Part shown: positions 50,877 through 60,087 of the stretch, piece by piece
Layout of the letters: each line of letters starts with the position of its first letter
Position numbering within the stretch: the stretch's first letter is position 1
From: a virus
Strand: one strand, 5' to 3'
IMG/VR virus record: IMGVR_UViG_3300032323_003754
Location: 19,214-83,213 of that record
Length of the DNA: 64,000 nucleotides
Notes under the pieces: generated by a model
Database searches by the model: none
Seen by the model: the letters and a program-made list of their open reading frames with translations, nothing else
Told to the model about the DNA's origin: nothing
Position numbers and translations under genes: made by a program

Positions 50877-51305
50877 ATGAATGATATACTTTTCCCCATC
50901 ATTGAACATTATATAGGAACTAGTGTTTCTGGTATTCGAAGAGATGATGAATTAGTTCTTTTTAAAACAAGTGCTGGCAGGGGAGGAAGAATTGAAAAAA
51001 ATCTATACGGTGATTGGGACCTATTAGTAGGAAATGAAAAGGTGTGCGAGATAGAGGATGTACTTTTTTCAATTTTCTGTGATTACGAGAGCCAACCACC
51101 AATTGATAAATATTATAAAAAACTACTAAAACTAAAATCGATTGGAACATTAAATCAAAGATCTAACATTCTTGTTGATCAATTGATGTTTTCGATCGAA
51201 TTTTTAATTATGAATATGGAGGTTAATTTGGAAGAACCAATTAAGATTGGACCATTCCTAGCTTTCAGTCACAACGGAAACAAACATGTTTTAGGACTAA
51301 ATTAA
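50877..51305 (+). CDS. Hypothetical protein
   Basis: ORF with likely ATG at 50877, avoiding overlap with the upstream gene. Confidence 0.55.
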   Translation: MNDILFPIIEHYIGTSVSGIRRDDELVLFKTSAGRGGRIEKNLYGDWDLLVGNEKVCEIEDVLFSIFCDYESQPPIDKYYKKLLKLKSIGTLNQRSNILVDQLMFSIEFLIMNMEVNLEEPIKIGPFLAFSHNGNKHVLGLN

Positions 51306-51310
51306 AAGAT

Positions 51311-53305
51311 ATGGCGGGTATTAAACATTTAAGTGAGATTTATAAAAAACAAGGAAACGATTTTCTTAATGAATTATTTGGAAAGGATCTTACTGTTTCT
51401 GAGAAATTAAATGGTATGAGTTTCTCCTTCGAGAAAAATTTATATGATGGATCACTTTCTTTTTATAAGAGAGACCAGATAAATCCTATTTCTAAAATTG
51501 ATAGGGTTTTAATGAAGTACTATGAATCTCCAATTTCACATGTGCAAAGTTTAGATAATTTAGTATTAAGTGAGATTCCAAACGGCTGGAGATTTGGTAT
51601 GGAATTTTTTATAAATCCTAGTCCCGTATTAGTATCATATCAGAGAATTCCAAAAAATGGATTAGTTCTTACACACATTATAGTTAAGAATGAATTTGGA
51701 GATATTGAAAAAACGATAGTTGAAAAAGAAGAACTTGAGTACTGGGCGAATTTAATAGGAGTTGAAAATCCCCCTATTATATTTCAGGGAAAATTGTCAG
51801 ATGAGCAAAAAGTTGAAATTAACGATTTTATTAATTCACCTAACGATAAACTCAAGGATCAGTACGGAACCAAAAGCTTTGCTAAATTCTTAATTACCTT
51901 ACTGAATAAAGATATTAATAAAACCCATCTTAATAACTCATTAGAAGAGCCTATAGAAGGTGTAGTTTTTAGATTTGGTCCAATAGACGGAACAGGAGAT
52001 TCTTTTACTGCAAAGATCCTTGATCCTATGTTTGAAGATATCACCAAGCAAAATAATGTTAAGAAAGCAAGTTATTTTCCTAGTGACATATACGGTATTA
52101 CCATCCTAGAGGTAATGAATTTCATTCTTGATAAAAATGTAGATAGTTTTTCTTTTGATGGCGATGATCCACAGGACAAATACATTTCTTATATTTCTTC
52201 AGTCTTTAATGCTTTCATTGAGGAGAATGGAGAAAAATATCTAGGATTAGATTTTCAAGAACCAGAATTCCTCAGACAAGAAGGATTTGAGATTAATCTA
52301 GAATTAATTAAGGACGAGAAAACTAAATCTATAATAGAGGAAGAAGAAAGTTATCAATCTCTTTTTAAACTCATACTTTCTGCATTCAGAAAAATAAAGA
52401 AAAGACCGGGTGGATTTTTTACGCAAGGAGCAATTGAACAGTTTAATATACTGGTAAGAGAAATCTCGAATTATTTAAATAATAGTTTATCCGTTGTTGA
52501 ATCGATGATTCCAACTTTTGACCAGTTTAGGAAGGGTAAAAAGACGTTCGTCCCACAAGAGGAAACTGACGACGAGGAAGAAATTGAAGATATAGAGGAT
52601 GAGGTTGAAGAAGCACCAAGAGCAGAAGTTGTAGAAACCCCGGAAGAGGATCAGTCAGAAGATCCGGTTGTGATAGAAGCACCCAAGGAGGGAGAGAATG
52701 AAGAAGATGCTATCCCTGTTGATTTAGACCTAGTAAATCAGATAAAGGATATCCTGGGACAGAACGATCCCATATCCGATCAAACCTTAGTTAATCCAGG
52801 AAAAGAGGTAAACATAGTAATTGGTAAATTCCAGCCATTCAATAATGGTCACTTAAAGCTCATAAAAAAAGCAAATCAGAGTAATGGATTACCTGTAGTA
52901 ATAATGGTCGTTAACGGACCTAAAAACTTCATTAAAGGAGAAATTATGGACAAGATGATGTCGATAATTTCTGGTGAACTACCTGATGTTGTTGATTCCT
53001 ATAAATATATCGATAATGATCTTCTTTCTAGCGCTCTAGATGGATTAGGAACTAAATACAATCCTAAGACACTAACCATTGGTACAAAGAGACTGGATAA
53101 TTATTTATTGCAGGCAAGATCTCTAAAAAAGAGAAAAAAACTAGATAAAGACTTTATTTTGCAAACCGCACCGGAATGGGTTAGCAGCAGTGAAATATTA
53201 AATGATCTGGGTGAGAAAAACTACATCAATTTTAAAAAGAACGTACCAAAGGGGTTAGCATCTATATGGGAAGAATTAACCAGGTGTTACGAATCCTCTA
53301 AATAA
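51311..53305 (+). CDS. Ligase-type nucleotidyltransferase domain fused via an acidic linker to a cytidyltransferase-like (HIGH) domain
   Basis: SEKLNG, GMEFF, EGVVFR, TAKILD ligase-like motifs; C-terminal IGKFQPFNNGH and SSSEI. Confidence 0.65.
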   Translation: MAGIKHLSEIYKKQGNDFLNELFGKDLTVSEKLNGMSFSFEKNLYDGSLSFYKRDQINPISKIDRVLMKYYESPISHVQSLDNLVLSEIPNGWRFGMEFFINPSPVLVSYQRIPKNGLVLTHIIVKNEFGDIEKTIVEKEELEYWANLIGVENPPIIFQGKLSDEQKVEINDFINSPNDKLKDQYGTKSFAKFLITLLNKDINKTHLNNSLEEPIEGVVFRFGPIDGTGDSFTAKILDPMFEDITKQNNVKKASYFPSDIYGITILEVMNFILDKNVDSFSFDGDDPQDKYISYISSVFNAFIEENGEKYLGLDFQEPEFLRQEGFEINLELIKDEKTKSIIEEEESYQSLFKLILSAFRKIKKRPGGFFTQGAIEQFNILVREISNYLNNSLSVVESMIPTFDQFRKGKKTFVPQEETDDEEEIEDIEDEVEEAPRAEVVETPEEDQSEDPVVIEAPKEGENEEDAIPVDLDLVNQIKDILGQNDPISDQTLVNPGKEVNIVIGKFQPFNNGHLKLIKKANQSNGLPVVIMVVNGPKNFIKGEIMDKMMSIISGELPDVVDSYKYIDNDLLSSALDGLGTKYNPKTLTIGTKRLDNYLLQARSLKKRKKLDKDFILQTAPEWVSSSEILNDLGEKNYINFKKNVPKGLASIWEELTRCYESSK

Positions 53306-53309
53306 TATT

Positions 53310-53337
53310 AAATCCTGCTAAATGCAGGATTTTTTGT
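53310..53337 (+). terminator. Rho-independent terminator
   Basis: aaatcctgc-taaat-gcaggattt followed by a T tract. Confidence 0.85.
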
Positions 53338-53369
53338 TTATACATTATTTTTACTCGGGGGTCCAACCT

Positions 53370-53377
53370 TATATTTA
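53370..53377 (+). promoter_or_regulatory. Bacteroidota-like -7 promoter element variant (TATATTTA)
   Basis: ccttatattt context matches ccttacattt at 55165; upstream of ATG 53402. Confidence 0.4.
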
Positions 53378-53401
53378 CAGTGTAAATTAAAAATATAAGT
53401 A

Positions 53402-54187
53402 ATGGCTCAAACAATAGATTCTCCGGGATATTCTAGGGAAGGTGTCACAGAAACCCAAGAAAGAAGTCCAGGAATAGACCAAAATGCCAGGAAAAAAATC
53501 ATCAATTGTAAACTACTTTTGATGACAAAGGCTGCTTTTTTTGGTCAACTCTCGATGAGTTTGGATTTCATAGAAAGAAGGGATCTCCCACATAGAACAA
53601 TGGCAACTGACGGATTTAAGATCTATTATGATCCGGACTTTGTGAACTCGAAACCCGATTATGAAATCAAATGGGTTATCTGCCACGAAATCATGCATTG
53701 TGCATTACACCACTTCTTAAGAAAGCAAGCTAATCCAACAGTTTGGAATGCAGCAGCGGACTATGCTATAAATCAGCTCATAGACGGATCCGGATACAGC
53801 GATCCTACTCAATCACCCTTTGGTGTTATGCCGAGTGGCGGATTGCTAGATAAAAAATACGAGGGATGGTCTGCAGAACAGATCTACCATCATCTAATCG
53901 AAAATAACGTACAACTACCACCCGAAGAAGGATGGAATTATGGAAACGTCGAGCCCCCAGTTTTTGTTGAGGTTATATCAGGCGATGATTTAGATACTGA
54001 TGATTTAGAGGAATGGGGAGAAAAAGCAAGTGTTGGTGACTATGTTACATTACCTGACGGAAAATTTGGGAAGATTGATGCCATAGATGATACCAACGGC
54101 GATGCAACTATATCTCCTCTGACGAAAAAAGAATTAGTAAAGATTATAGAATCACAAACCGGTAGAAAGATTAAAAAAATAATTTAA
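53402..54187 (+). CDS. DUF2201-N-like putative metallopeptidase
   Basis: TMATDG..IYYDPDFV..ICHEIMHCALHH..WNAAADYAIN..SAEQIY. Confidence 0.85.
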   Translation: MAQTIDSPGYSREGVTETQERSPGIDQNARKKIINCKLLLMTKAAFFGQLSMSLDFIERRDLPHRTMATDGFKIYYDPDFVNSKPDYEIKWVICHEIMHCALHHFLRKQANPTVWNAAADYAINQLIDGSGYSDPTQSPFGVMPSGGLLDKKYEGWSAEQIYHHLIENNVQLPPEEGWNYGNVEPPVFVEVISGDDLDTDDLEEWGEKASVGDYVTLPDGKFGKIDAIDDTNGDATISPLTKKELVKIIESQTGRKIKKII

Positions 54188-54193
54188 GGTATT

Positions 54194-55129
54194 ATGCTAG
54201 TAAACGTAAAAGAATTAAGAAAAGTAGAGGTTGAGTATGAGCCTGTTGATCCGGATAAAGAAAAGGAAAAAGAGGAAGCGGAGGGAGAAGGACCCGGCGG
54301 AGATTTTCCACAAGGAAAAAAACCTTGGAATGAAAAACAAGATCCTAATGACGAAAACGGATCTGGAAATAAAGGAAAGGGAGCAGTTTCTTTAAAGCCA
54401 AAGATGGTAACAAAAAAACCAACCGATGAGGAGGGTTTAAAGAAATTCTGGAAACAAAAACTGGAAGAAGCTAAAGACAGATCTGCAGGATCAGTTCCTG
54501 GAAATTTACTTCGAGCTATCGAGAGATTACTTGGTGTTAAAATAGATTGGAAGGGTCAGCTTAGAAAATTTGTAATTAGCATGTCTTCTAAATCTCAATA
54601 CTTTCTGCCAAATAGAAGATTCTTAGGAGGCGGGAACGTATTATGGGGAGCTAAGAAAAAGAAAGAAAGCTTCGAGACTCTAGTAGTTATTAGTGATACA
54701 TCAGGATCGGTTTCTGACAAGGAACTTCATCAATTTGTCACCGAGGCTTTGGGTGTAATGGAAAGCTTCAACCCTAAAGAAACGTATTTGATTTGGTGCG
54801 ACACTACGGTGTATGAACCTATAGATATTGTTAAGAAGGGAGAGAAATTTACAGTCAAACATGCACCCGGAAGAGGCGGTACAAGTTTCATTCCTCCTTT
54901 CCAATGGATAGAAAATAATCTTCTAGGTAAAAAGAAACTAGGTCCTGTTTTATTCTTTACTGACGGATACCCTAATACAGGAGAGAACGGAGGATGGCCA
55001 ACAGAGGATATGTTTAAAATAAGAAGCTATTCAAATAAAGTGTTTTGGATTATAATCGGTAATGGATCACCTAACAATGATCCGAATATAAAAATACCGT
55101 TTGGCAAGAGAATAGATCTGGTTATGTAA
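54194..55129 (+). CDS. VWA-like domain protein (DUF2201 C-terminal type)
   Basis: IDWK..LR, PNRR, MIDAS DTSGSV, CDT, GRGGTSF.PPF, FFTDGY. Confidence 0.85.
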   Translation: MLVNVKELRKVEVEYEPVDPDKEKEKEEAEGEGPGGDFPQGKKPWNEKQDPNDENGSGNKGKGAVSLKPKMVTKKPTDEEGLKKFWKQKLEEAKDRSAGSVPGNLLRAIERLLGVKIDWKGQLRKFVISMSSKSQYFLPNRRFLGGGNVLWGAKKKKESFETLVVISDTSGSVSDKELHQFVTEALGVMESFNPKETYLIWCDTTVYEPIDIVKKGEKFTVKHAPGRGGTSFIPPFQWIENNLLGKKKLGPVLFFTDGYPNTGENGGWPTEDMFKIRSYSNKVFWIIIGNGSPNNDPNIKIPFGKRIDLVM

Positions 55130-55167
55130 AAAGTGTTGATACAGAAAAATATCTCGCGATTCACCCT

Positions 55168-55175
55168 TACATTTG
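55168..55175 (+). promoter_or_regulatory. Bacteroidota sigma70 -7 element TAnnTTTG
   Basis: Exact TACATTTG 23 nt upstream of the ATPase ATG. Confidence 0.5.
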
Positions 55176-55198
55176 GAACATCAATTAAAAATTAAAAA

Positions 55199-56410
55199 AT
55201 GGAAATTTTACCTTATCCTTCAACAGACGTCGTAAACATAGACGCTGCAACATTAAAATACGAGGTCACCGCTAGATTTGAAAGTACAATGGAGGGCGGA
55301 TTCAATAAACCTATTTTCATATTTGGAGCACCAGGAATTGGGAAAACCGAAATAGTATCACAGGTGTGTGAAGAACTTAAAATAGATCTATTGACTGTGG
55401 ATTTACAATTTATGGACCCAGCAGATTTTCTGGGAGTACCATCGGTTGTTGAAGTATCCTCTGATGGAAAATATGGAGAAGGTGTAACAAGAACCAACCC
55501 TCCGATTTGGCTTCCTAGAGATAAAAACAGTAGGGGAATTATTTTCTTTGATGAGCTTAATCGAGCTGCAGATCCGGTAATTACTGGCATGATGAATCTG
55601 GCTCAGAGCAGAAGAGTAAATACCTATAATATGCCAGATGGATGGTTAATCATTGCTGCTGGTAATAGACCATCTGACGATAAGCCAGAAGCTGTTAAAG
55701 ATCTGGGAACAGCTCTTGCGGATAGATTTTCTATTTTCAATCTTGTTCCAACAGTAAAGGGATTTATTGATTATGTGCTTCGTTCTGAATCCCCATTAAA
55801 GGGAGCAATGGGTGCTAAACCAAGAGAAGTAGTTTTACCAGAATTGCTAAGCTTTTTGGAATTTTCCGAGGATTACTTCCACACACTTAATCCAAACAAA
55901 CCGGATGTTAAATTTGCTACACCCAGAGGCTGGATAGATGGATCTAAATTTTTATATTCAAGACTAAGGAAGTTAAAGGATCAAGGAAAGGAGGACATCA
56001 GTCCTGACGAAATTCTAAGAATATTTCAAACAGAAGTTGGATATACCCCTGCAAATGCCTTCGTTAAATTCTATAACATAGTACAAAGTATTCCGATTGG
56101 TGATGTAGTTAAAGTTTTTGATGAGCCAAACAAAGCACCTATTCCTAAGAAAACTGGTGGAAGATATGAACCCGATGTAATGTTTGCTACACTGGCAGCT
56201 ATTGTTACAAAATCAGAAAAGCTTAAGCCTTTGAAACCCGAGCAGTTTTCGAATGCGATTGACTATTCGATCAGAATAGATTCTGCTGAATATGCTTCTT
56301 CGTTCGTTAATATGATGATGTCTAAGCATGGCGAATATGTTAAAACTGATAGAAAATACTCTATACACATTAAGAAGTTTAACGAGTACTATCTTAAACC
56401 TTTACAATAG
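55199..56410 (+). CDS. MoxR-like AAA+ ATPase
   Basis: Walker A GAPGIGKT, Walker B IIFFDELNR, AAGNR, ALADRF, TPRGW. Confidence 0.9.
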   Translation: MEILPYPSTDVVNIDAATLKYEVTARFESTMEGGFNKPIFIFGAPGIGKTEIVSQVCEELKIDLLTVDLQFMDPADFLGVPSVVEVSSDGKYGEGVTRTNPPIWLPRDKNSRGIIFFDELNRAADPVITGMMNLAQSRRVNTYNMPDGWLIIAAGNRPSDDKPEAVKDLGTALADRFSIFNLVPTVKGFIDYVLRSESPLKGAMGAKPREVVLPELLSFLEFSEDYFHTLNPNKPDVKFATPRGWIDGSKFLYSRLRKLKDQGKEDISPDEILRIFQTEVGYTPANAFVKFYNIVQSIPIGDVVKVFDEPNKAPIPKKTGGRYEPDVMFATLAAIVTKSEKLKPLKPEQFSNAIDYSIRIDSAEYASSFVNMMMSKHGEYVKTDRKYSIHIKKFNEYYLKPLQ

Positions 56411-56417
56411 CATTTTA

Positions 56418-56447
56418 AGACCCCAGGTAAATCCTGGGGTTTTTTGT
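56418..56447 (+). terminator. Rho-independent terminator
   Basis: accccagg-taaat-cctggggt plus T tract after the ATPase stop. Confidence 0.88.
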
Positions 56448-56491
56448 GGGACTATGTTTTTGTTTTTGAATATATAAAGAAAAGGAATTAA

Positions 56492-57031
56492 ATGAAATTC
56501 ATTAAAGATTTTAAAAGCTACAAATTAAACGAGGGAGCTGGATACGCCAACGATTATTATGTAGACCAAAAAGTAGAGAAATCACAGTACTACTTTTTTA
56601 AGGTAGGAGAGGGTAAAGATGAAATAGGATTAATAGCCAAAATTGGGAAATTTTCTAGGTCCTCAGTTATATCAGAGACCGAAAGAAGCTATGGAGTTAT
56701 TCACTTAGAGGCTATTACCCCAAATGATATGGACGATTATCTAGTAAATGATAGCGAATACAAATCTAAGGAAGATGAGAAGATTTCTATCCCTCTTGAT
56801 TTACTAAACCAAGCATTTGTTATCATACAGAAAGCACTGGATAATTATTTGGAGAAAAATCCAAAGGTGACAAAATTCTATGACGAAATTTTGGAAAATC
56901 TGGAAATGAGTCCAGAGGATTATACAAGCTTTGTAACACCTAAAATAGAAGAATGGTCCGACGGAAGATGGAGCGTACAATCCGGGGCAACCGAGAGTGT
57001 TTTAATTTATATGAAAACATCCCATGAATAA
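56492..57031 (+). CDS. Hypothetical protein (possible internal virion protein)
   Basis: 179 aa; N-terminal MKFIKDFKSYKLNE; preceded by gAATATATA. Confidence 0.6.
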   Translation: MKFIKDFKSYKLNEGAGYANDYYVDQKVEKSQYYFFKVGEGKDEIGLIAKIGKFSRSSVISETERSYGVIHLEAITPNDMDDYLVNDSEYKSKEDEKISIPLDLLNQAFVIIQKALDNYLEKNPKVTKFYDEILENLEMSPEDYTSFVTPKIEEWSDGRWSVQSGATESVLIYMKTSHE

Positions 57032-57341
57032 TCTTAAGAAATACGGGGAATTCATCAACGAGTCTTTAACCCCCGTAATGTATATGAGTGTTAAAAACCC
57101 ATTAAAAAATTCCATAGTGAAGTTTTTATACGAAAAAGATAAGGCCACTAGGAAAGAAATATTGGAATTTGCTGCGACACTCGGCGAAAGCGGTCAATCT
57201 GTAGATAGAAGATGGATTTCCAGAAACAAGCAACTAATTAAATGCATAGTTTCTGAGGAGGGACCCAATCATTATGCCCTAACAAAATTGGGAAAAAGAT
57301 TTGCTAAAACCCTAATAGTTAATGAAACTAAAGGGGCATAG
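57024..57341 (+). CDS. Hypothetical protein, possibly winged helix
   Basis: MNNLKKYGEFINES start; ATRKEIL..YALTKLGK resembles a wHTH. Confidence 0.55.
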   Translation: MNNLKKYGEFINESLTPVMYMSVKNPLKNSIVKFLYEKDKATRKEILEFAATLGESGQSVDRRWISRNKQLIKCIVSEEGPNHYALTKLGKRFAKTLIVNETKGA

Positions 57342-57366
57342 TCAATATAATCAATAAATACTTTTT

Positions 57367-57549
57367 ATGGAAAGCTACGAAAAATTAGTTGCACTCTTAG
57401 AGTCAATGAAAGAAAATGTCGAAAAATTCTTTGTTAAAGGTAATAAATCTGCCGGAACAAGAGTTAGAACTCAAGCTCAGGAAATTAAAAAATTAGCGCA
57501 AGAACTTCGTTTAGATGTCCAAAATGCTAAGAAGACCACAGAGCAATAA
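57367..57549 (+). CDS. Histone H1-like (Hc1-type) small DNA-binding protein
   Basis: EKFFVKGNKSAGTRVR..QEIKKLAQELR is the Hc1-family signature found in Bacteroidota. Confidence 0.8.
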   Translation: MESYEKLVALLESMKENVEKFFVKGNKSAGTRVRTQAQEIKKLAQELRLDVQNAKKTTEQ

Positions 57550-57562
57550 GATAAAAACTTGG

Positions 57563-57588
57563 AAACCAGCCTTAGGGCTGGTTTTTTG
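57563..57588 (+). terminator. Rho-independent terminator
   Basis: aaaccagcc-ttag-ggctggttt plus T tract. Confidence 0.88.
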
Positions 57589-57596
57589 TGATCCCT

Positions 57597-57604
57597 GATA
57601 TATA
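57597..57604 (+). promoter_or_regulatory. Putative phage late promoter GATATATA
   Basis: Octamer right after a terminator, 19 nt before ATG 57624. Confidence 0.55.
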
Positions 57605-57623
57605 CAATCAATAGATATTATCA

Positions 57624-58451
57624 ATGGCAATAAGGGACGTAAAATACAACAGATTCGGTGCATCAGTTCCGGGTGCAACCAATAAAGGAACCCTAGCAAT
57701 AGCAGATGGAACTGATACCGTTGATTACAGTTCAAATGATTGGTATGGCGGGGTAGAAGATGAGGGATATTACGTGATAGCAACAGACACATATTCGATG
57801 GGTTGGGAAATACAAGATAATGCTAAGCCCACTTTTTGGAGATGCAACCAAACAGATGCTGATCTTTTAATCCTTATAAATCAATTGCCAGAAAGAGATA
57901 TTCAAAATGGAGGATCACATTTCAATAATATCACTGATGCATTAAACTGGCTGAATGGTACAAACAAATATGCTTTATTACCTTTAGAAACCGGAGGTCC
58001 AATAGGTTCGTCCGGGCAATGGGTTCTGGAAGTAGGAGCTCATGGATTTCAGCCTGCATTTGAGAATGGTTCAATGACTCTTACTATCTATGATGATGAG
58101 ATAGGATCTAATAATTTTAATGTTATTGCTGGATTGACTGTAAATGATTACGGTCTTTATATAAACGGGAAAGATTCTGCAGGCAACGATCAATCAGCTT
58201 TATTACAAAGTGTAATAGGACATTCGGGAACAATCGAGTTTGTTCAAGGACCTCATAATATAAAACTTGGATTTGGTCCGGGGACTTTTGGTGTCAACAA
58301 CTATGGAGATATAGATGGGATCATGACAGAAGGCAATAATAATCCTCTTCTTTCGATAATTTCAACGTCCAATACTGCATTTACGGGATGGGATGGATCT
58401 GGAATTCCTAACACAAGTCATCTATTAACAATAACAATCACAATAACTTAA
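57624..58451 (+). CDS. Hypothetical protein, possibly virion-associated
   Basis: 275-aa Gly/Asn-rich ORF under the late-type motif. Confidence 0.55.
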   Translation: MAIRDVKYNRFGASVPGATNKGTLAIADGTDTVDYSSNDWYGGVEDEGYYVIATDTYSMGWEIQDNAKPTFWRCNQTDADLLILINQLPERDIQNGGSHFNNITDALNWLNGTNKYALLPLETGGPIGSSGQWVLEVGAHGFQPAFENGSMTLTIYDDEIGSNNFNVIAGLTVNDYGLYINGKDSAGNDQSALLQSVIGHSGTIEFVQGPHNIKLGFGPGTFGVNNYGDIDGIMTEGNNNPLLSIISTSNTAFTGWDGSGIPNTSHLLTITITIT

Positions 58452-58452
58452 T

Positions 58453-58689
58453 ATGAGCCAATATCGAATAAATCTTTATGTTCTAAACAACCAAGGCCAA
58501 GTTGTGGAAGATACTATTTTAAAAATGGATCTACCAAATCAGATAACTGCAAGAACTCTGAAAATGTTACTGAATAATGAAAAATACCCAGATCCTTTGT
58601 CCGAGCATTTAACAGCAGGACCTAAATCTTTTAACGATGGGGATAAAGTAGCTGCTCCTTTTTTGACTTATACAATTAAATTGAAATAG
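58453..58689 (+). CDS. Hypothetical protein
   Basis: 78-aa ORF coupled to the upstream gene. Confidence 0.5.
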   Translation: MSQYRINLYVLNNQGQVVEDTILKMDLPNQITARTLKMLLNNEKYPDPLSEHLTAGPKSFNDGDKVAAPFLTYTIKLK

Positions 58690-58726
58690 AGGAATTGAAA
58701 CAACCGGACAGCTTTTGACTTTAATT

Positions 58727-58734
58727 GATATATA
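58727..58734 (+). promoter_or_regulatory. Putative phage late promoter GATATATA
   Basis: Octamer 12 nt before ATG 58747. Confidence 0.55.
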
Positions 58735-58746
58735 AAACAATAAATT

Positions 58747-58965
58747 ATGGCTTATTATCAATGTAAAGTAACGTTTGATTCCGGGGAAACAAACAAACAA
58801 GGAAAACCAATGATCACTAAAACTGTGATGCTAGTAGAGGCTACTGGTGTAACCGAAGCAGAAGCACGGATCACTGATCATTTAAAATCTGATATTATGG
58901 ATTTTGAGGTGACCTCGGTTTCTTTGTCTAACATCGAATCGGTGTTGCAAGAAAAAACTAAGTAA
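58747..58965 (+). CDS. DUF4494-like protein
   Basis: YQCKV..LVEATGVTEAEARI..FEVTSV..SNI resembles the Bacteroidota DUF4494 N-terminal half. Confidence 0.7.
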   Translation: MAYYQCKVTFDSGETNKQGKPMITKTVMLVEATGVTEAEARITDHLKSDIMDFEVTSVSLSNIESVLQEKTK

Positions 58966-58966
58966 A

Positions 58967-59167
58967 ATGAAAAACCAAAAATCTCCTGTAGAAGATCAAA
59001 TCAAAGAAGGCGGCAAAGCAGATATCTCTAATTATGAGGTTCCTGATAGCCCAGTTAAAATCCCGGACAACGATACCGGATTTGAAATGGTTAAGAAAAA
59101 CTACAGGAGATTTATTTGGACAATGGACGAACACTCCAAGAAAAGAGTCTCTGGAAAGGATAAATAG
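58967..59167 (+). CDS. Hypothetical protein
   Basis: 66-aa co-oriented ORF. Confidence 0.5.
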   Translation: MKNQKSPVEDQIKEGGKADISNYEVPDSPVKIPDNDTGFEMVKKNYRRFIWTMDEHSKKRVSGKDK

Positions 59168-59188
59168 TATTAAATATAAAATACTATT

Positions 59189-59533
59189 ATGCCAGCAGTA
59201 ACTCGGACACAGCAAAGACTATTTGGTCAAGCTTATGGCGTTAAGAAATTTCGCAGTACTAAAGGTAAGGAAGGACTTAATCCTAAAGATATCAATCCCA
59301 AGTATAAAGATGAAATCCTTAAATTAGCTGATTCTATGTCCATGGCAGAGCTTGAAAAGTATGCAAGTACTAAACACAAGAAATTGCCAGAAAGAGTTAA
59401 AGAAGGAGCTATAAAGGATATCTATTTCCATTTAAGTCCAGATGCTCAATACGATCCTTCTAAGGAAAAAGAGAGAAGGCTTGGAAATCTAGCTGATTAC
59501 AGAGAGTACATAAAAAAGAATAAAAGTAAATAA
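59189..59533 (+). CDS. DUF3008-like small basic protein
   Basis: MPAV..QQRLFG.A..MS..ELEKYASTKHKKLPERV. Confidence 0.6.
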   Translation: MPAVTRTQQRLFGQAYGVKKFRSTKGKEGLNPKDINPKYKDEILKLADSMSMAELEKYASTKHKKLPERVKEGAIKDIYFHLSPDAQYDPSKEKERRLGNLADYREYIKKNKSK

Positions 59534-59534
59534 T

Positions 59535-59984
59535 ATGGGAACTGAACAAATCAACGAGGAATGCGGTTGTGGTGCATCGACACCAGTAAGCGTTCCAGTA
59601 AGAGAAATAGATCCCTCCGTAGGAAAAATGGCTTCTTTGGCTGATGGAAGAAATGGAAAGATTAACGATTCGATCAGGAATTCAAGAGGAGAGGTTATTG
59701 GATACGTTATGAATAACGAAAAAGGAACGTTTAGAGTTTTCAAAGATAAGGTTACTAATATTTACGAGAGCGAAGGAGGAATGGCTTCTCTTGAAGGTAC
59801 ACCAGGTATGGGAGAGGTACAACCCCCTACTAGAACCTCTGATGGATCTGGAGATGTCTTTCCTACACTAACTGCAGGAACAGGATCGGCAAAGAAAGGA
59901 AAAAAGAAATCCAATAAGCCTTTACCTAAATCTGTTTTAGATTGGGAAACATTCAGGAAAAATATGCTTAAAAATCAATCATAA
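59535..59984 (+). CDS. Hypothetical protein with SH3/KOW-like segment
   Basis: VGKMASLADGRNGKI..GYVM..GTFRVFKDKV followed by a low-complexity tail. Confidence 0.55.
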   Translation: MGTEQINEECGCGASTPVSVPVREIDPSVGKMASLADGRNGKINDSIRNSRGEVIGYVMNNEKGTFRVFKDKVTNIYESEGGMASLEGTPGMGEVQPPTRTSDGSGDVFPTLTAGTGSAKKGKKKSNKPLPKSVLDWETFRKNMLKNQS

Positions 59985-60021
59985 GGTGACAAAATTTCTA
60001 AATTAATCAACTAACATATGT

Positions 60022-60057
60022 AAAAATGTCTTAATATCAATTAAGGCATTTTTTTTG
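60022..60057 (+). terminator. Probable Rho-independent terminator
   Basis: aaaatgtcttaat-atca-attaaggcatttt (one G-U pair) plus T tract. Confidence 0.6.
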
Positions 60058-60087
60058 TAATTTATTAGTTAATATAATTTATAAACT

